From an uncultured Phycisphaerales bacterium (GTDB lineage Bacteria; Planctomycetota; Phycisphaerae; Sedimentisphaerales; Anaerobacaceae), in assembly GCA_963718665.1 (NCBI GenBank), contig OY970359.1, forward strand, positions 416,001 through 480,000: 64,000 nt of DNA, given 5' to 3'. Position 1 is the first letter of the stretch. The number at the start of each line of letters is the position of its first letter. This document shows, one piece after another, positions 1-9,854 of this stretch. The notes beneath the pieces were generated by a model that searched no databases, was not told the origin of the DNA, and saw only the letters and a program-made list of their open reading frames with translations. The position numbers and the translations under genes are program-made.

Positions 1-1
1 A

Positions 2-598
2 GAAAGTGGTTTTGGAAGCGCTTTGTTTAGAGCGGGCCGATACAACGAAGCTGTGCCGCATCTGACCAAAGCTTTGCGGATATCCCCTGCGTATTCCAAC
101 GCCCGCAACGACCTCGGTATGGTTTTTCTGAAACTGGGAAAACTTAACGAGGCCAAAGCGTGTTTCGATGAGCTTATAAAACAAAAGCAGAGTTCCCCCA
201 AGGTATATGTGAATCTCGCAGTAACTTACGCTCAACAGGGTAAGTATGACTTGGCAATGCAGAATTGCGCCAAAGCGGAGCAGTTAAAGCCAGACGACGC
301 TGAATCGCTCAATAATATGGCCTGGCTTTTTGTCACCATCGGCGACACATTCGCCCAGGACGCCAACAAAGCGATAGGTTACGCCCGGGGTGCCTGTGAG
401 CTGACGGCTTATAATAACGCGGACCATCTGGATACCCTCGCTGCCGCCTATGCCGCTGCGGGCAAATTCAACGACGCGATAGCAACTGCCGAAAAAGCTT
501 TAAACGTCGCTAAAGCCGCGGGGCGGGAAAATACATTTCGTGAAATCCAGGGTCGGCTTGAGCTTTACAAGGCAGGCAAGCCATACCGCGAAAAATGA
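2..598 (+). CDS. TPR-repeat protein, C-terminal part (frame open from the window edge)
   Basis: Repeated TPR helices (A..H..KAL.I.P......N.LG); C-terminal LNNMAW...LDTLAAAYAAAGKF motif. Confidence 0.85.
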   Translation, partial: ESGFGSALFRAGRYNEAVPHLTKALRISPAYSNARNDLGMVFLKLGKLNEAKACFDELIKQKQSSPKVYVNLAVTYAQQGKYDLAMQNCAKAEQLKPDDAESLNNMAWLFVTIGDTFAQDANKAIGYARGACELTAYNNADHLDTLAAAYAAAGKFNDAIATAEKALNVAKAAGRENTFREIQGRLELYKAGKPYREK

Positions 599-638
599 CC
601 TCCGGTAGGTAACACCTTTGCAACGATTCGTCCCAGCT

Positions 639-2024
639 TTATTTTTGCCGCTGCGAAGGATGAAATAAATCGGCTAATTGCTTTGTGATTTGAGACCTGC
701 GGACCTTCCGGCGGATATCCTTGAACTGCGGGTGGTCGCCCATAATGAGCGTGCCTCTTTCGATGGTTTCAGTCGCGTCGGCAAGCCGATTCATCGCAAG
801 ATAAACAACCGCCGAAGCGCGAATCGCCAAAACGTGTTGCGGGTTTATCTCCATAGCGCAGGTGAAAAACTCAATGGCATCATCGAGCCGGCCTTTAATC
901 GCGTTGGCCAGCCCCAGGTAATAGTGTGCATCCGCGTCGCTTGAATCAATATCGAGTGCCCGTAACAGGCAATTCGCCGCACAATCGAGCGTATCGTCCT
1001 TGTCTTCGCCCTCGGCTTTCTCAGCGATAACCAAAAACATCGAAGCCATCGACACAAGCACATCCGCGTCGTCGCTCACCAGCTTTATCTCCGAAGCCAG
1101 AAATGTTTTTGCCTTTTCAAGGTCGCCTCGCTCAAGTGCGTACTGTCCCAGCCGATATCGAGGACCGGCCAGCATCGTATCTCGTTCAAGCGCCTGCGTA
1201 AAATACTTCACCGCGCTGGCCTTGTCCCCCGCGTCAAGAGCAACGTCGCCCAGGTAAAACAACGCCATTGCCGTATCGGGCCTCAGCTCAAGGGCACGAT
1301 GGAATTTTTCCTTCGCCGACTCTACATCGCCTCTTTCGAGCAGAAAGAATCCGAAATCTACGATTACCTCCACGTCTCCGGGATTTATACGCAACTCTTT
1401 AAGAAAGTGCTGTCTGCTGCGTTCGGTTTCACCTTCCGCCCACAGTGCCTGCGCTATATGGTAATTGATTTGCGGATGCGAGGGTTCCATCTCCGCGGTT
1501 TTCATCCAGCAGTGAATTGCCTTTTTGAACTGCCCGCGGGCAAATAAACTGTTGCCTATGTTATAATAGCAAAGAGCGCAATCCGGATTTATCTGCTGCG
1601 CCAGGTAAAACATCTGCTCGGCCTGCTCGTGCAGTCCCATTTCCGTATAGGTGATTATCCTGTTACAGTAACACGGCTCAAAGCTCGCGTCCAGCCCCTC
1701 GATGTGCTCAAAGGTCTGGATGGCAAGGTCATAATTTCCTACCCGCGTGTAATCGACCGCCAGCGAGTTGAGAATCTCAAGGTCGCACGGATTCAAAGCA
1801 AGGGCCGCCTCGTAATCTGCTATTGCTTCCTCGAATTTGCCAAGCGAATCAAGCGAAAGCGCCTTGTTAAAATGCAGTGCACAATTCGCAGGATTTGTTT
1901 CAAGGGCGTCGTTAAGCTCTGTGATGGCCTGAATTACCTTGCCGTCCTCATAAAGCTCAAACGCCTTTTGCGCCTTCTGCTCGCCGCCGTCAAAAGATTC
2001 GTATGGCTGCTCGTCAAAAATCAT
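639..2024 (-). CDS. TPR-repeat protein
   Basis: 461 aa of tandem TPR motifs (e.g. YYNIGNSLFARGQFKKAI, AHYYLGLANAIKGRLDDAI). Confidence 0.9.
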   Translation of the reverse strand: MIFDEQPYESFDGGEQKAQKAFELYEDGKVIQAITELNDALETNPANCALHFNKALSLDSLGKFEEAIADYEAALALNPCDLEILNSLAVDYTRVGNYDLAIQTFEHIEGLDASFEPCYCNRIITYTEMGLHEQAEQMFYLAQQINPDCALCYYNIGNSLFARGQFKKAIHCWMKTAEMEPSHPQINYHIAQALWAEGETERSRQHFLKELRINPGDVEVIVDFGFFLLERGDVESAKEKFHRALELRPDTAMALFYLGDVALDAGDKASAVKYFTQALERDTMLAGPRYRLGQYALERGDLEKAKTFLASEIKLVSDDADVLVSMASMFLVIAEKAEGEDKDDTLDCAANCLLRALDIDSSDADAHYYLGLANAIKGRLDDAIEFFTCAMEINPQHVLAIRASAVVYLAMNRLADATETIERGTLIMGDHPQFKDIRRKVRRSQITKQLADLFHPSQRQK

Positions 2025-2039
2025 AGAGCCACTCCATTT

Positions 2040-2118
2040 AAATTAGAATTTAGAATGTAGAATTAAGAATCGAATTAAGCGGTCTTATTTCTAAATTCTG
2101 AATTCTTCATTCTTAATT
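2040..2118. repeat. Inverted pair of degenerate heptamer tandem arrays (TAGAATT)n / (AATTCTT)n
   Basis: aattagaatttagaatgtagaattaagaat ... tttctaaattctgaattcttcattcttaatt. Confidence 0.7.
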
Positions 2119-2395
2119 GCTTATCGCCAATCCAAAGCCCGCGGTTAACCGGTTTTTGGCCACTGTCTTATGACGGCAAACAAACGGAAATTTCACTGGC
2201 AATATCGCCCGTAACATCTTATAATTGAACAAGTTAGCTAAATTAGGCGGGCTTTATATGCCGGTATGATTTGGCTGACGCGGTTGTTTTTATGGAAAGC
2301 AGGCCGTAATGGTCTTATAATGTACGTGGTAGTCGCTCGATGCGCGCGAGTATCGTATATCGAGAAACAGGTACTGAGTTTGGAGATTTGCAAGT

Positions 2396-2860
2396 ATGAT
2401 TAAGGAAATAAAAGGTCAACTCACGGCGGGCAAGGGAAATTACGCCATTGTCGTCAGCAGGTTCAATGAATTCATCACTTCTCGTCTGCTTTCAGGCGCA
2501 ATCGATTGTCTTAAACGCCACGGGGCAAAAGAGGAACAGATAACCGTCGTCTGGGTGCCCGGCGCCTGCGAGATTGTTGTCCCCGCGAAGAAACTCGCTG
2601 TGGCCGGCAAGTTCGACGCGGTGCTTTGCCTCGGTGCGGTAATACGGGGACAGACCCAGCATTATGAGGCCGTATGCCAGCAGGTGGTTCGTGGCATAGG
2701 CCAGATTAACTACGATTCGAAAACCCCTGCGGTCTTCGGCGTGCTGACCTGCGAAACGCTCGAAGAAGCCGTGGACAGGGCCGGGGCAAAGAAAGGCAAC
2801 GCCGGCGCAGACGCAGCTATGACGGCTATGGAAATGGCCAGCGTAATGGGACAGCTTTAA
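2396..2860 (+). CDS. ribH: 6,7-dimethyl-8-ribityllumazine synthase
   Basis: IVVSRFNEFIT, VPGACE, LGAVIRGQTQH, FGVLT motifs; directly upstream of nusB. Confidence 0.97.
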   Translation: MIKEIKGQLTAGKGNYAIVVSRFNEFITSRLLSGAIDCLKRHGAKEEQITVVWVPGACEIVVPAKKLAVAGKFDAVLCLGAVIRGQTQHYEAVCQQVVRGIGQINYDSKTPAVFGVLTCETLEEAVDRAGAKKGNAGADAAMTAMEMASVMGQL

Positions 2861-2947
2861 CACATCGATGCTCGTACGGGTATCGAAGAATAAGTATTGA
2901 AAAAATGGTAGGGTGTGCTGTGCACACCAGTCAGGAGAGTTTGACGC

Positions 2948-3376
2948 TTGGATCCGAGGACAAAGGCACGCCAGCTCGCAATGCAGGCCTTGTTTCAGCT
3001 CGATGTTCAGGGCGCGTCACTGCTTGCTGATTTGGACGATTTTTTCAGGGAAAACGCCCCTGAACTGCCCGTTCGCACTCTCGCCTCGGACTGGACAAGA
3101 GGCGCCTGGACCAATATCTCCGCCTGCGATGAACTAATAACCGGTGCGGCTCTTAAATGGAAACTTTCCCGGCTTTCGCAGGTCGATAAAAGCATACTGC
3201 GTCTGGCGGTTTACCACCTGAAGTTCTGCCCCGACATCCCGCCCAAAGTTACAATCAACGAGGCAATCGAGCTTGCGAAAAAATTCGGCACAGATAAATC
3301 GCCCTCGTTTGTCAACGGCGTCCTCGACGGCGTCCTGAGAAAAATGATGGAAGTAAAGCAGGAGGCCCCAAAATGA
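2948..3376 (+). CDS. nusB: Transcription antitermination factor NusB
   Basis: ARQLAMQALFQ, DKSILRLA, INEAIELAKKF, FVNGVLD. Confidence 0.97.
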   Translation: MDPRTKARQLAMQALFQLDVQGASLLADLDDFFRENAPELPVRTLASDWTRGAWTNISACDELITGAALKWKLSRLSQVDKSILRLAVYHLKFCPDIPPKVTINEAIELAKKFGTDKSPSFVNGVLDGVLRKMMEVKQEAPK

Positions 3377-4304
3377 GAAAAATTGCGGTCCTCAACCAAA
3401 AAGGAGGCGTCGGCAAAACCACCACTGTCGTCAATACCGCCGCCGCTTTGGCAAATATGGGCCAGCGCACCTTAGCCATCGACCTTGACCCGCAGGGACA
3501 CCTGACCACTCATTTGGGCATCAACACCGACGTGGTTCACGCCGGCTCATACCGTGTCCTCACCCAGTCCGCAAACGTCGAAGCGGAAATGATGCTCGTC
3601 AGACCAAACCTATGGCTGCTTCCCGCCAATATCGACCTCGTCGGAGCTGAATCCGAGCTTGTAAGCGTCGTAGGCAGAGAAACAATCCTCCGAGAAGCAT
3701 TAGCCATTCTGGAAGACAAACTCGATTACATAATCATCGATTGCGCCCCGTCGCTTGGTCTTTTGGCCCTGAACGCGTTAGCCGCTGTTGATGAGATTTT
3801 GATACCGCTTCAGCCGCATTTTCTGGCACTTCAGGGTTTAGGTAAATTGCTTCAAACCGTCTCACTCGTCAACAAGCGAATCAATCCCGCCTTGAAGGTC
3901 AAATGGGTTCTGCTTTGTATGTTCGAAGCCCGCGCGTCGCTGCCAAACGAGGTCAAAGCCGATATCGAAAACTTCCTTTCGAACGCACGCAACACAAACT
4001 GCACTGGTCAGAAGCGCAGATTCTGCCCGTTTATGTCCGCAGGAATATCACATTGGCCGAAGCCCCGAGTTATGGCCAAACGATTTTCGAATACGACCCC
4101 TCTTGCCACGGCTCAACCGACTACAAACAAGTCGCAGAACTCATACACAACCAGATGCAATCGCCAATACTCCCCGTCGAAACACAGCAGCCCCCCATAA
4201 AAATTGTTGAGATATCGCCTGCAAATTCACAGGCCGCTGTCACAGAAGCTGTATCATTAAATCCTTTGCCTCAGACAGAACAACCACAAAATCCTACAAT
4301 ATAA
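3373..4304 (+). CDS. parA: ParA/Soj-family ATPase, frameshifted near 4003
   Basis: NQKGGVGKTTT, IDLDPQG, IIDCAPSLG; the C-terminal RRNITLAEAPSYGQTIFEYDP is in the -1 frame (ORF 3903..4304). Confidence 0.88.
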
Positions 4305-4983
4305 GCTGCTCTGGCCTTTGCAGAAGACCTCCGATACATGCGAGAAATTTTGCGGCATAGGGGTCGGGAACGACTCTCGAATCCACGGCTATCGTCAAAT
4401 CGGTGATTTTGCGGATAAGAATTTGACCATCCTTCGGAACGGCGGTTCGCAGTGTGTTGCCAACGTTCAAAATCGTCGTCGCAGGCGGCGGAACAATACC
4501 GATAAATGAATCGATATCGTAAACGCCAAGGTTACTCAGCCCAATTGTCTCGCCGGAAATCTCGTCGAGCGTAAGTTTGTTGCTTCGGGCTTTGTCGGTT
4601 AATTCTTTTTCAAGATTGGCTATCTGGGCAAGCGTCTTTTTGTCGGCTTCTTTGACCACGGGCACAACCAATCCGTGCGGCGCGTTCACGGCAAAACCCA
4701 CGTTGACTGAATCGGCGATTTTTATCGAGTCGCCCTGCAATGAGCCGACCATTAGGGGAAATTCCTTAACCGCAAGGCCAAGGGCCTTGATATAAAAAGC
4801 ATTGGACGTGATTTTGACGCCCAATTGCTTTTTCAGCTCGTGGCGCCTATCCATAAGCTCAGTCGTGTCAGCATCTATCCCCATATAATAACAGGGTTTG
4901 GTCTGCTTGCTCTCAAGCATCCTCTGGCCTATGAGCTTTTGTATCCTGCTCATAGGAATACGCGTTTCAGGTTTTGCCGTCAT
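4294..4983 (-). CDS. 2-oxoacid dehydrogenase E2 catalytic-domain-only protein (no lipoyl domain, degenerate active site)
   Basis: VNVGFAVNAPHGLVVPVVK, SNLG motifs; DSRVVPD replaces canonical DHRxxDG. Confidence 0.8.
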   Translation of the reverse strand: MTAKPETRIPMSRIQKLIGQRMLESKQTKPCYYMGIDADTTELMDRRHELKKQLGVKITSNAFYIKALGLAVKEFPLMVGSLQGDSIKIADSVNVGFAVNAPHGLVVPVVKEADKKTLAQIANLEKELTDKARSNKLTLDEISGETIGLSNLGVYDIDSFIGIVPPPATTILNVGNTLRTAVPKDGQILIRKITDLTIAVDSRVVPDPYAAKFLACIGGLLQRPEQLIL

Positions 4984-5091
4984 ATTTTACAGTTTTTTAG
5001 TTGCTATTTATTACTTCCGATTTACGACTGGAAGATATAAAATAGCAGATAGCAAAGCGAAAATCAAACAATGTAATTGCGGGAGGCAAAT

Positions 5092-6249
5092 ATGACTGAA
5101 GAATATTCAGTAACTACCAAGGTGTACCCCACCGAAAATATGGGTCTGCTCAGCATGCAGGATATGCTTGCCTATTTCGAGAAAAGAGGAGCGATGCGGG
5201 TCTCGGACCTTCACATCAAGGTCGGCGCCCCTCCCGCTTACCGAATCGACGGCGACATAACCTATCTTAAAGGCAGCCCCGTCACACCCGAAGTCGCCCA
5301 AAAGCTCATATTCCCAATCCTGAGCGAAGATAATATCCACAAGTATCAGCATGACAACGACGTCGATTGCTCATACCGCGTCGGGGCATTGCAGTTCCGC
5401 ATAAACGTCTTTCGCGAAAACGACGGGGTAAGCGCCGCAATACGGGCGTTGTCGCTGGATATCCCCAAAGTCGAAACAATCGGCTTTCCGAACAATATCT
5501 GGGAGGACATTATCGACCGCAAGCAGGGGCTGATACTGGTGACCGGAATTACGGGAGCCGGCAAATCAACAACAATATCGTCCCTGATAGACCGAATAAG
5601 CGAGAAAAAGGCCTCCCGGATTATAACGCTCGAAGACCCAATCGAGTATCTTCTTCCCAACAAGCACAGCATGGTGTCGCAGCGAGAGGTTGGCAGGGAT
5701 GTAAAGTCATTCAGCCACGGCCTGCGGGCAATGATGCGTGAAGACCCCGACGTCATATTCGTAGGCGAGATGCGCGACTCCGAGACAATATCGATGACGC
5801 TTATGGCTGCCGAAACCGGACACCTGGTATTTTCAACCCTCCACACAAGAGACGCCACAGGCACAATAACCCGCATCCTGGATTATTTCCCGACCGGCAG
5901 GCAAAACGAAGTACGCAACCAACTCTCGCTCGGACTTGCGTACATCATTTGTCAGAAACTAATCCCCAAAAAAGACGCCACCGGTCGTATTGCCGCAATG
6001 GAATTGCTCAACAACAACAATTACGCCTGCGCAAACCTCATAAGGACGGGCAAAGTCGAACAGATATACTCCCAGCTTCAGACAAAGACACGCCCCAATC
6101 CTGACGAAAAAATGATGACGATGGAAAGACACCTTGCCCAGCTGGTAAAGCAGGACAAAATCGACCTGCTCGAAGCGAAAAAATGGGCCAACGACCAGAA
6201 ATCATTCGTTGACGCGATGAAAATGGTGGAATCCGCCCCAGGCGAATAA
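5092..6249 (+). CDS. pilT: PilT/PilU-family type IV pilus retraction ATPase
   Basis: SDLHIKVG, Walker A GITGAGKST, ITLEDPIE, DPDVIFVGEMRD, GHLVFSTLH. Confidence 0.88.
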   Translation: MTEEYSVTTKVYPTENMGLLSMQDMLAYFEKRGAMRVSDLHIKVGAPPAYRIDGDITYLKGSPVTPEVAQKLIFPILSEDNIHKYQHDNDVDCSYRVGALQFRINVFRENDGVSAAIRALSLDIPKVETIGFPNNIWEDIIDRKQGLILVTGITGAGKSTTISSLIDRISEKKASRIITLEDPIEYLLPNKHSMVSQREVGRDVKSFSHGLRAMMREDPDVIFVGEMRDSETISMTLMAAETGHLVFSTLHTRDATGTITRILDYFPTGRQNEVRNQLSLGLAYIICQKLIPKKDATGRIAAMELLNNNNYACANLIRTGKVEQIYSQLQTKTRPNPDEKMMTMERHLAQLVKQDKIDLLEAKKWANDQKSFVDAMKMVESAPGE

Positions 6250-6257
6250 AAAAAAAG

Positions 6258-7157
6258 ATGACGATACAGTTTCACTGTCCCAAATGCGGTTCTCTTATCG
6301 CCTTCACCGACAAACACGCCGGCCAGTCCGCGAAATGCCTGACCTGCGGCCAGCGGCAGATAATACCCAAAAAATCAGACCAAACACCCCAAAAAATCGA
6401 GCTGAAAGTCGAGCCGGAATTTCCCCTGCCCGGATTTTATCGCGCCGTGTTCGTCGATAGCTGGAAGATATTTATCGACAAAAACAACCTGACCTCCCTT
6501 GTGTTCATAATTGCCGCGATATGCTTTAAGTTCTTCTCTGCCGGTGTCTGCTGCATGGCGGTTATAACGTATTTCGCCGTCTGGGGCTATTTTTTCGGAT
6601 TCTATCTGCAAATCATTCGTGAAACCGCCGAAGGCGAAGACAAGCTGCCCGAAATAGAAATGGGGACAAGCATCACGTTTCTGGGATACATATTCAAACC
6701 GATTTTCACCTTTGTATTCGCCGTCTTCATTGTACTGCTCCCATTCATAATCGCCCTCGCGTTTTTCAGCGATAAAGGCGTCACCTGGGAGAATATATGG
6801 GAAACAAAAACAGCCCTGAATCTGGTTCTGCGGGGATTGTTTGTCGCGGGGCTTTTCCTGTTCCCGATGGCCATACTGGTCGCCGCCGTCCTTGAAGACC
6901 TTCCCGAACTGCTCCGTTTTGACCGCCTGTTTGTCCCCGTCATCAGGGCGTTTATTCCGTATTTGGTGGTCGTAGGCCTTCTCGCCGCCGCCTGCTTCAT
7001 CGAAAATAACGCCGAAAAATATGATTGGTCATCGACGCCGCAAATCGCCGGAATACTCGCGATAAACCTGGCCGGTCAGGTTGTCGCGATTATTGCTATG
7101 CGTTCGATAGGGCTTTTTTACAGACACTACGTCTGCTATTTCGGCAAATCGTGGTGA
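6258..7157 (+). CDS. Membrane protein with N-terminal zinc ribbon
   Basis: CPKCG...CLTCG followed by several hydrophobic segments. Confidence 0.8.
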   Translation: MTIQFHCPKCGSLIAFTDKHAGQSAKCLTCGQRQIIPKKSDQTPQKIELKVEPEFPLPGFYRAVFVDSWKIFIDKNNLTSLVFIIAAICFKFFSAGVCCMAVITYFAVWGYFFGFYLQIIRETAEGEDKLPEIEMGTSITFLGYIFKPIFTFVFAVFIVLLPFIIALAFFSDKGVTWENIWETKTALNLVLRGLFVAGLFLFPMAILVAAVLEDLPELLRFDRLFVPVIRAFIPYLVVVGLLAAACFIENNAEKYDWSSTPQIAGILAINLAGQVVAIIAMRSIGLFYRHYVCYFGKSW

Positions 7158-7187
7158 AGTTATACCTGCGTCGTATTGTCGGGAAAT

Positions 7188-7222
7188 AAAAAAGGACCTT
7201 TGCGCAGGCGGCGCAAAAGCCC
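7188..7222 (-). terminator. Intrinsic terminator
   Basis: Minus strand GGGCTTTTGCGC-cgcct-GCGCAAAGGTCC followed by TTTTTT. Confidence 0.8.
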
Positions 7223-7405
7223 TAACTCGGAAAGAAACTTATATGGCCCCCCCAACCCTTCGCCAGTATGCCTTAACACAGGGCGAGAGTTGTTGTATTT
7301 GCCGATCCTGACTCGGCCCGGAAAGATGGTGCCGGCAGGAACGATATTGGACGGCCATTGTGCCACATTTAAGTGGTGGCTATGTCCGCTTTATCCGCTC
7401 TCTCC
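7188..7405 (-). ncRNA. Candidate stand-alone structured RNA (~218 nt), family unknown
   Basis: Own promoter and terminator, several long stems, no convincing ORF. Confidence 0.55.
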
Positions 7406-7410
7406 ATTAA

Positions 7411-7439
7411 ACAATAGGAAATAAAACCCGCCGTGCCAA
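7411..7439 (-). promoter_or_regulatory. sigma70-like promoter for the candidate ncRNA
   Basis: TTGGCA-17 nt-TATTGT on the minus strand. Confidence 0.5.
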
Positions 7440-7501
7440 ACCGCCGGATGACAGAAAACAGATGACGGAAAAATAGGGTATCTGCCCTCCGTCCACAGTC
7501 C

Positions 7502-7528
7502 GCCTGTCCTGAGCAAAGTCGAAGGGCT
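7502..7528 (-). repeat. 27-bp REP-like element (AGCCCTTCGACTTTGCTCAGGACAGGC)
   Basis: 24/27 identical to 37309..37335. Confidence 0.8.
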
Positions 7529-7539
7529 GTCTTCTATTA

Positions 7540-8481
7540 TTATTCCCTCGCCTTTGCGAACCAGTCCGGGTCTTTTGCCAGCTTTTCGCGGGCATCATCC
7601 GTCATCATCATAAACGCCGGATGTGTGCTCTCCCAGGCACGTCCGGTAAAGGGGCTGTTCCGCATCTTTTCAATCTCGCGGACGACATCGCCAAAATAGC
7701 TGCCGTAAATATGAAGTGAGTCGCTTATATCTACGTATCTGCCGACAGCGACGGGCTTGTTTATCTTCTCTGAAATCTTTCCGGCTATTGTCCTTTGCAG
7801 GTCCGTCAGCGCGTAAACATTCATAAACCACGCCTTATACAAATCCCTGCTTCGCCAGTGCGTGTTCATATTCAGCACATAGCCGCCCGCGTTATCCGCC
7901 ACCAGCCGGCACCATATCCTCTGCAAACATGGCGGGTCGTCGGTCGCCGGGTCAGCCGTAGGCATCCACGTTATCGCCTGCGCCCTTCGGGTATGCGCGA
8001 CCTTCGACAAGGCGTCGATAATATACTGAATCTGGTTTACTTTTTTGAATGGCTTTTTGGCCTTGGGGTTTCTTATGTCCTCAACCGGCGAATACGCAAA
8101 CACACGCTCGTGATAAGTATATGTCCATTTGCCCGCCGCTGGGTCTATCCAGTGGTCGTGAATGCCGTCAACCACCTCCTGCCTGTATGCCTCAAGCTCC
8201 TCGGGGCCGCCCGGAAAATTCTTGTGTATCCTCGGCTCGCTGAACGGCTCCGCGACCGTTATCATTACCGTCGCGTCCTTGCTTGGCGGGTCGTCGGGCT
8301 TGTCGTATTGCGTCTTCATATCAAGCCCCTGGTCCCATACCGCCAATACCGCCTTCTCCCATGCCTCAGGCAAACATCTCGCTGTTACTGAAATCACCGG
8401 GAGATTTGCATTTAACAATTGCGGTGAACTTGCCTGCACTGAGCTTTGCCGAAGTGTCGAATCCATCTCTGGCTCCTCCAT
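7540..8481 (-). CDS. thyA: Thymidylate synthase family protein (archaeal-like ThyA)
   Basis: YTYHER, TRRAQAITW, PPCLQ (catalytic Cys), RSRDLYKAWFMN, DSLHIY. Confidence 0.82.
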   Translation of the reverse strand: MEEPEMDSTLRQSSVQASSPQLLNANLPVISVTARCLPEAWEKAVLAVWDQGLDMKTQYDKPDDPPSKDATVMITVAEPFSEPRIHKNFPGGPEELEAYRQEVVDGIHDHWIDPAAGKWTYTYHERVFAYSPVEDIRNPKAKKPFKKVNQIQYIIDALSKVAHTRRAQAITWMPTADPATDDPPCLQRIWCRLVADNAGGYVLNMNTHWRSRDLYKAWFMNVYALTDLQRTIAGKISEKINKPVAVGRYVDISDSLHIYGSYFGDVVREIEKMRNSPFTGRAWESTHPAFMMMTDDAREKLAKDPDWFAKARE

Positions 8482-8542
8482 AAGCTATATTGTTTATCAT
8501 TCCCGACACGGCGGGAATCCATCTTTATTTCAAGATTTCGAG

Positions 8543-9061
8543 CTATTTGCTGAGATCTAATTCGTCGGGGGTAATGTGAAAGAACTCGCGTTTATTCGCC
8601 GGCAGTTCTGTCGCCAGCGTACGTTTGGCCTTATATGCGTATTCGCTGCCCGGATATCTCTCGATTATCTGCCTGCAATATTGCACCATCGCCCCATAAC
8701 CTACTCCCGGCAACTGGGCCATTTTTCGCTGCTGTATCGCCAGCTCGTATAATTGTTCTGCACCGGCTTTTTCATCCTCGGTTAGCTCTCTGAATTTCCG
8801 CGGTTCGGCTGGGGGCTGCTGCGCAACCGGTTGCACTGCCTCCGGCTGTGACGTTGTCGGCTGTGCAGGTGCATTCGTCTCTGCCAGATTCGGCTCGGCA
8901 CGCATACGTTGCTCATCATGACGAAATGTGTCCCCAACCGTCCTCTCCGGCTCCGCTGGTTTCGACATTTGATTAGCTACCTTGCTGACAATAACAAAAA
9001 TAACCACCAGCAACACTACCACCGCCACTATTTTCAACCAAACCGTACTCATAACAATCAT
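8543..9061 (-). CDS. Hypothetical membrane-anchored protein
   Basis: N-terminal TM helix, Pro/Gln linker, TPR-like C-terminus (IIERYPGSEYA). Confidence 0.75.
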   Translation of the reverse strand: MIVMSTVWLKIVAVVVLLVVIFVIVSKVANQMSKPAEPERTVGDTFRHDEQRMRAEPNLAETNAPAQPTTSQPEAVQPVAQQPPAEPRKFRELTEDEKAGAEQLYELAIQQRKMAQLPGVGYGAMVQYCRQIIERYPGSEYAYKAKRTLATELPANKREFFHITPDELDLSK

Positions 9062-9175
9062 GCCTCCAATTATTCCCGGCGATTGATTATTCGCGCCGGA
9101 TTGCCTACAATTAACTTGCTATACTATGTATTCTACACTGAATCGTAAATTGAAAATACGGAATAGTCAATTGCT

Positions 9176-9817
9176 ATGTTCACAGGAATAATCCAGCAGG
9201 TTTGCGAGGTAAAGGCACTTTCCAAAAGCGGCGATTCCGCTGCGCTTACTATTGATCTCGGCCAATTGGTTAATCAGGCCAAAACCGGCGACAGCATAGC
9301 CATAAATGGCGCCTGCCTGACCGTCTCGAAACTCGCCGGCACACTGGCAACCTTCGACGTCAGCGGCGAAACGCTCACCAAAACCACCATTGGCAAACTG
9401 GCCCCTGGCGCAAAGGTCAATATCGAGCTTGCCCTGCGTGCCGACGACCGATTCGGAGGCCATTTCGTCTTGGGCCACATCGATGGTTCCGCAACCATAC
9501 GAAAAATCGATAAAAACATCGATTTCGCAACCTTCACCTTCACCGCCTCAAAAGACCTGCTCGACCAGATGATTTCAAAGGGGTCGGTCGCAGTCGATGG
9601 TATCTCACTAACAATAGCCGAATTGAATCCCGATGGTTTCACTGTAGCAGTCATCCCGCAAACGCTTAAAGAAACCACCCTCGGGCGAGCCAAAATAACT
9701 GCGCAGGTAAACATAGAAATTGATATAATAACCAAGACGGTCAGAAAGTACCTGCAGCAGCTCTCGCCGGAGAAATCTGGCCTGACCCTCGAAGACCTCA
9801 GACAGCAGGGTTTTTGA
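9176..9817 (+). CDS. ribE: Riboflavin synthase alpha chain
   Basis: MFTGII start, GDSIAINGACLT, GGHFVLGHID, KGSVAVDGISLT. Confidence 0.97.
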   Translation: MFTGIIQQVCEVKALSKSGDSAALTIDLGQLVNQAKTGDSIAINGACLTVSKLAGTLATFDVSGETLTKTTIGKLAPGAKVNIELALRADDRFGGHFVLGHIDGSATIRKIDKNIDFATFTFTASKDLLDQMISKGSVAVDGISLTIAELNPDGFTVAVIPQTLKETTLGRAKITAQVNIEIDIITKTVRKYLQQLSPEKSGLTLEDLRQQGF

Positions 9818-9854
9818 GTACCTCATGAAAGTAAACAATCGTCTAAATACAGGT

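Noticed and set aside
2130..2395. FMN riboswitch upstream of ribH
   Set aside because: The conserved AGGGCGGGGTG and AGTCCG/CCGAC core motifs are not present.
3990..4010. Programmed -1 ribosomal frameshift in parA
   Set aside because: No slippery heptamer, and the same defect appears in five unrelated genes.
7229..7405. tmRNA or SRP RNA (a frame reads ANTTTLALC*)
   Set aside because: No tRNA-like acceptor or T-arm, the tag does not end in AA, and the SRP GGAA/AGCAG loop is absent.
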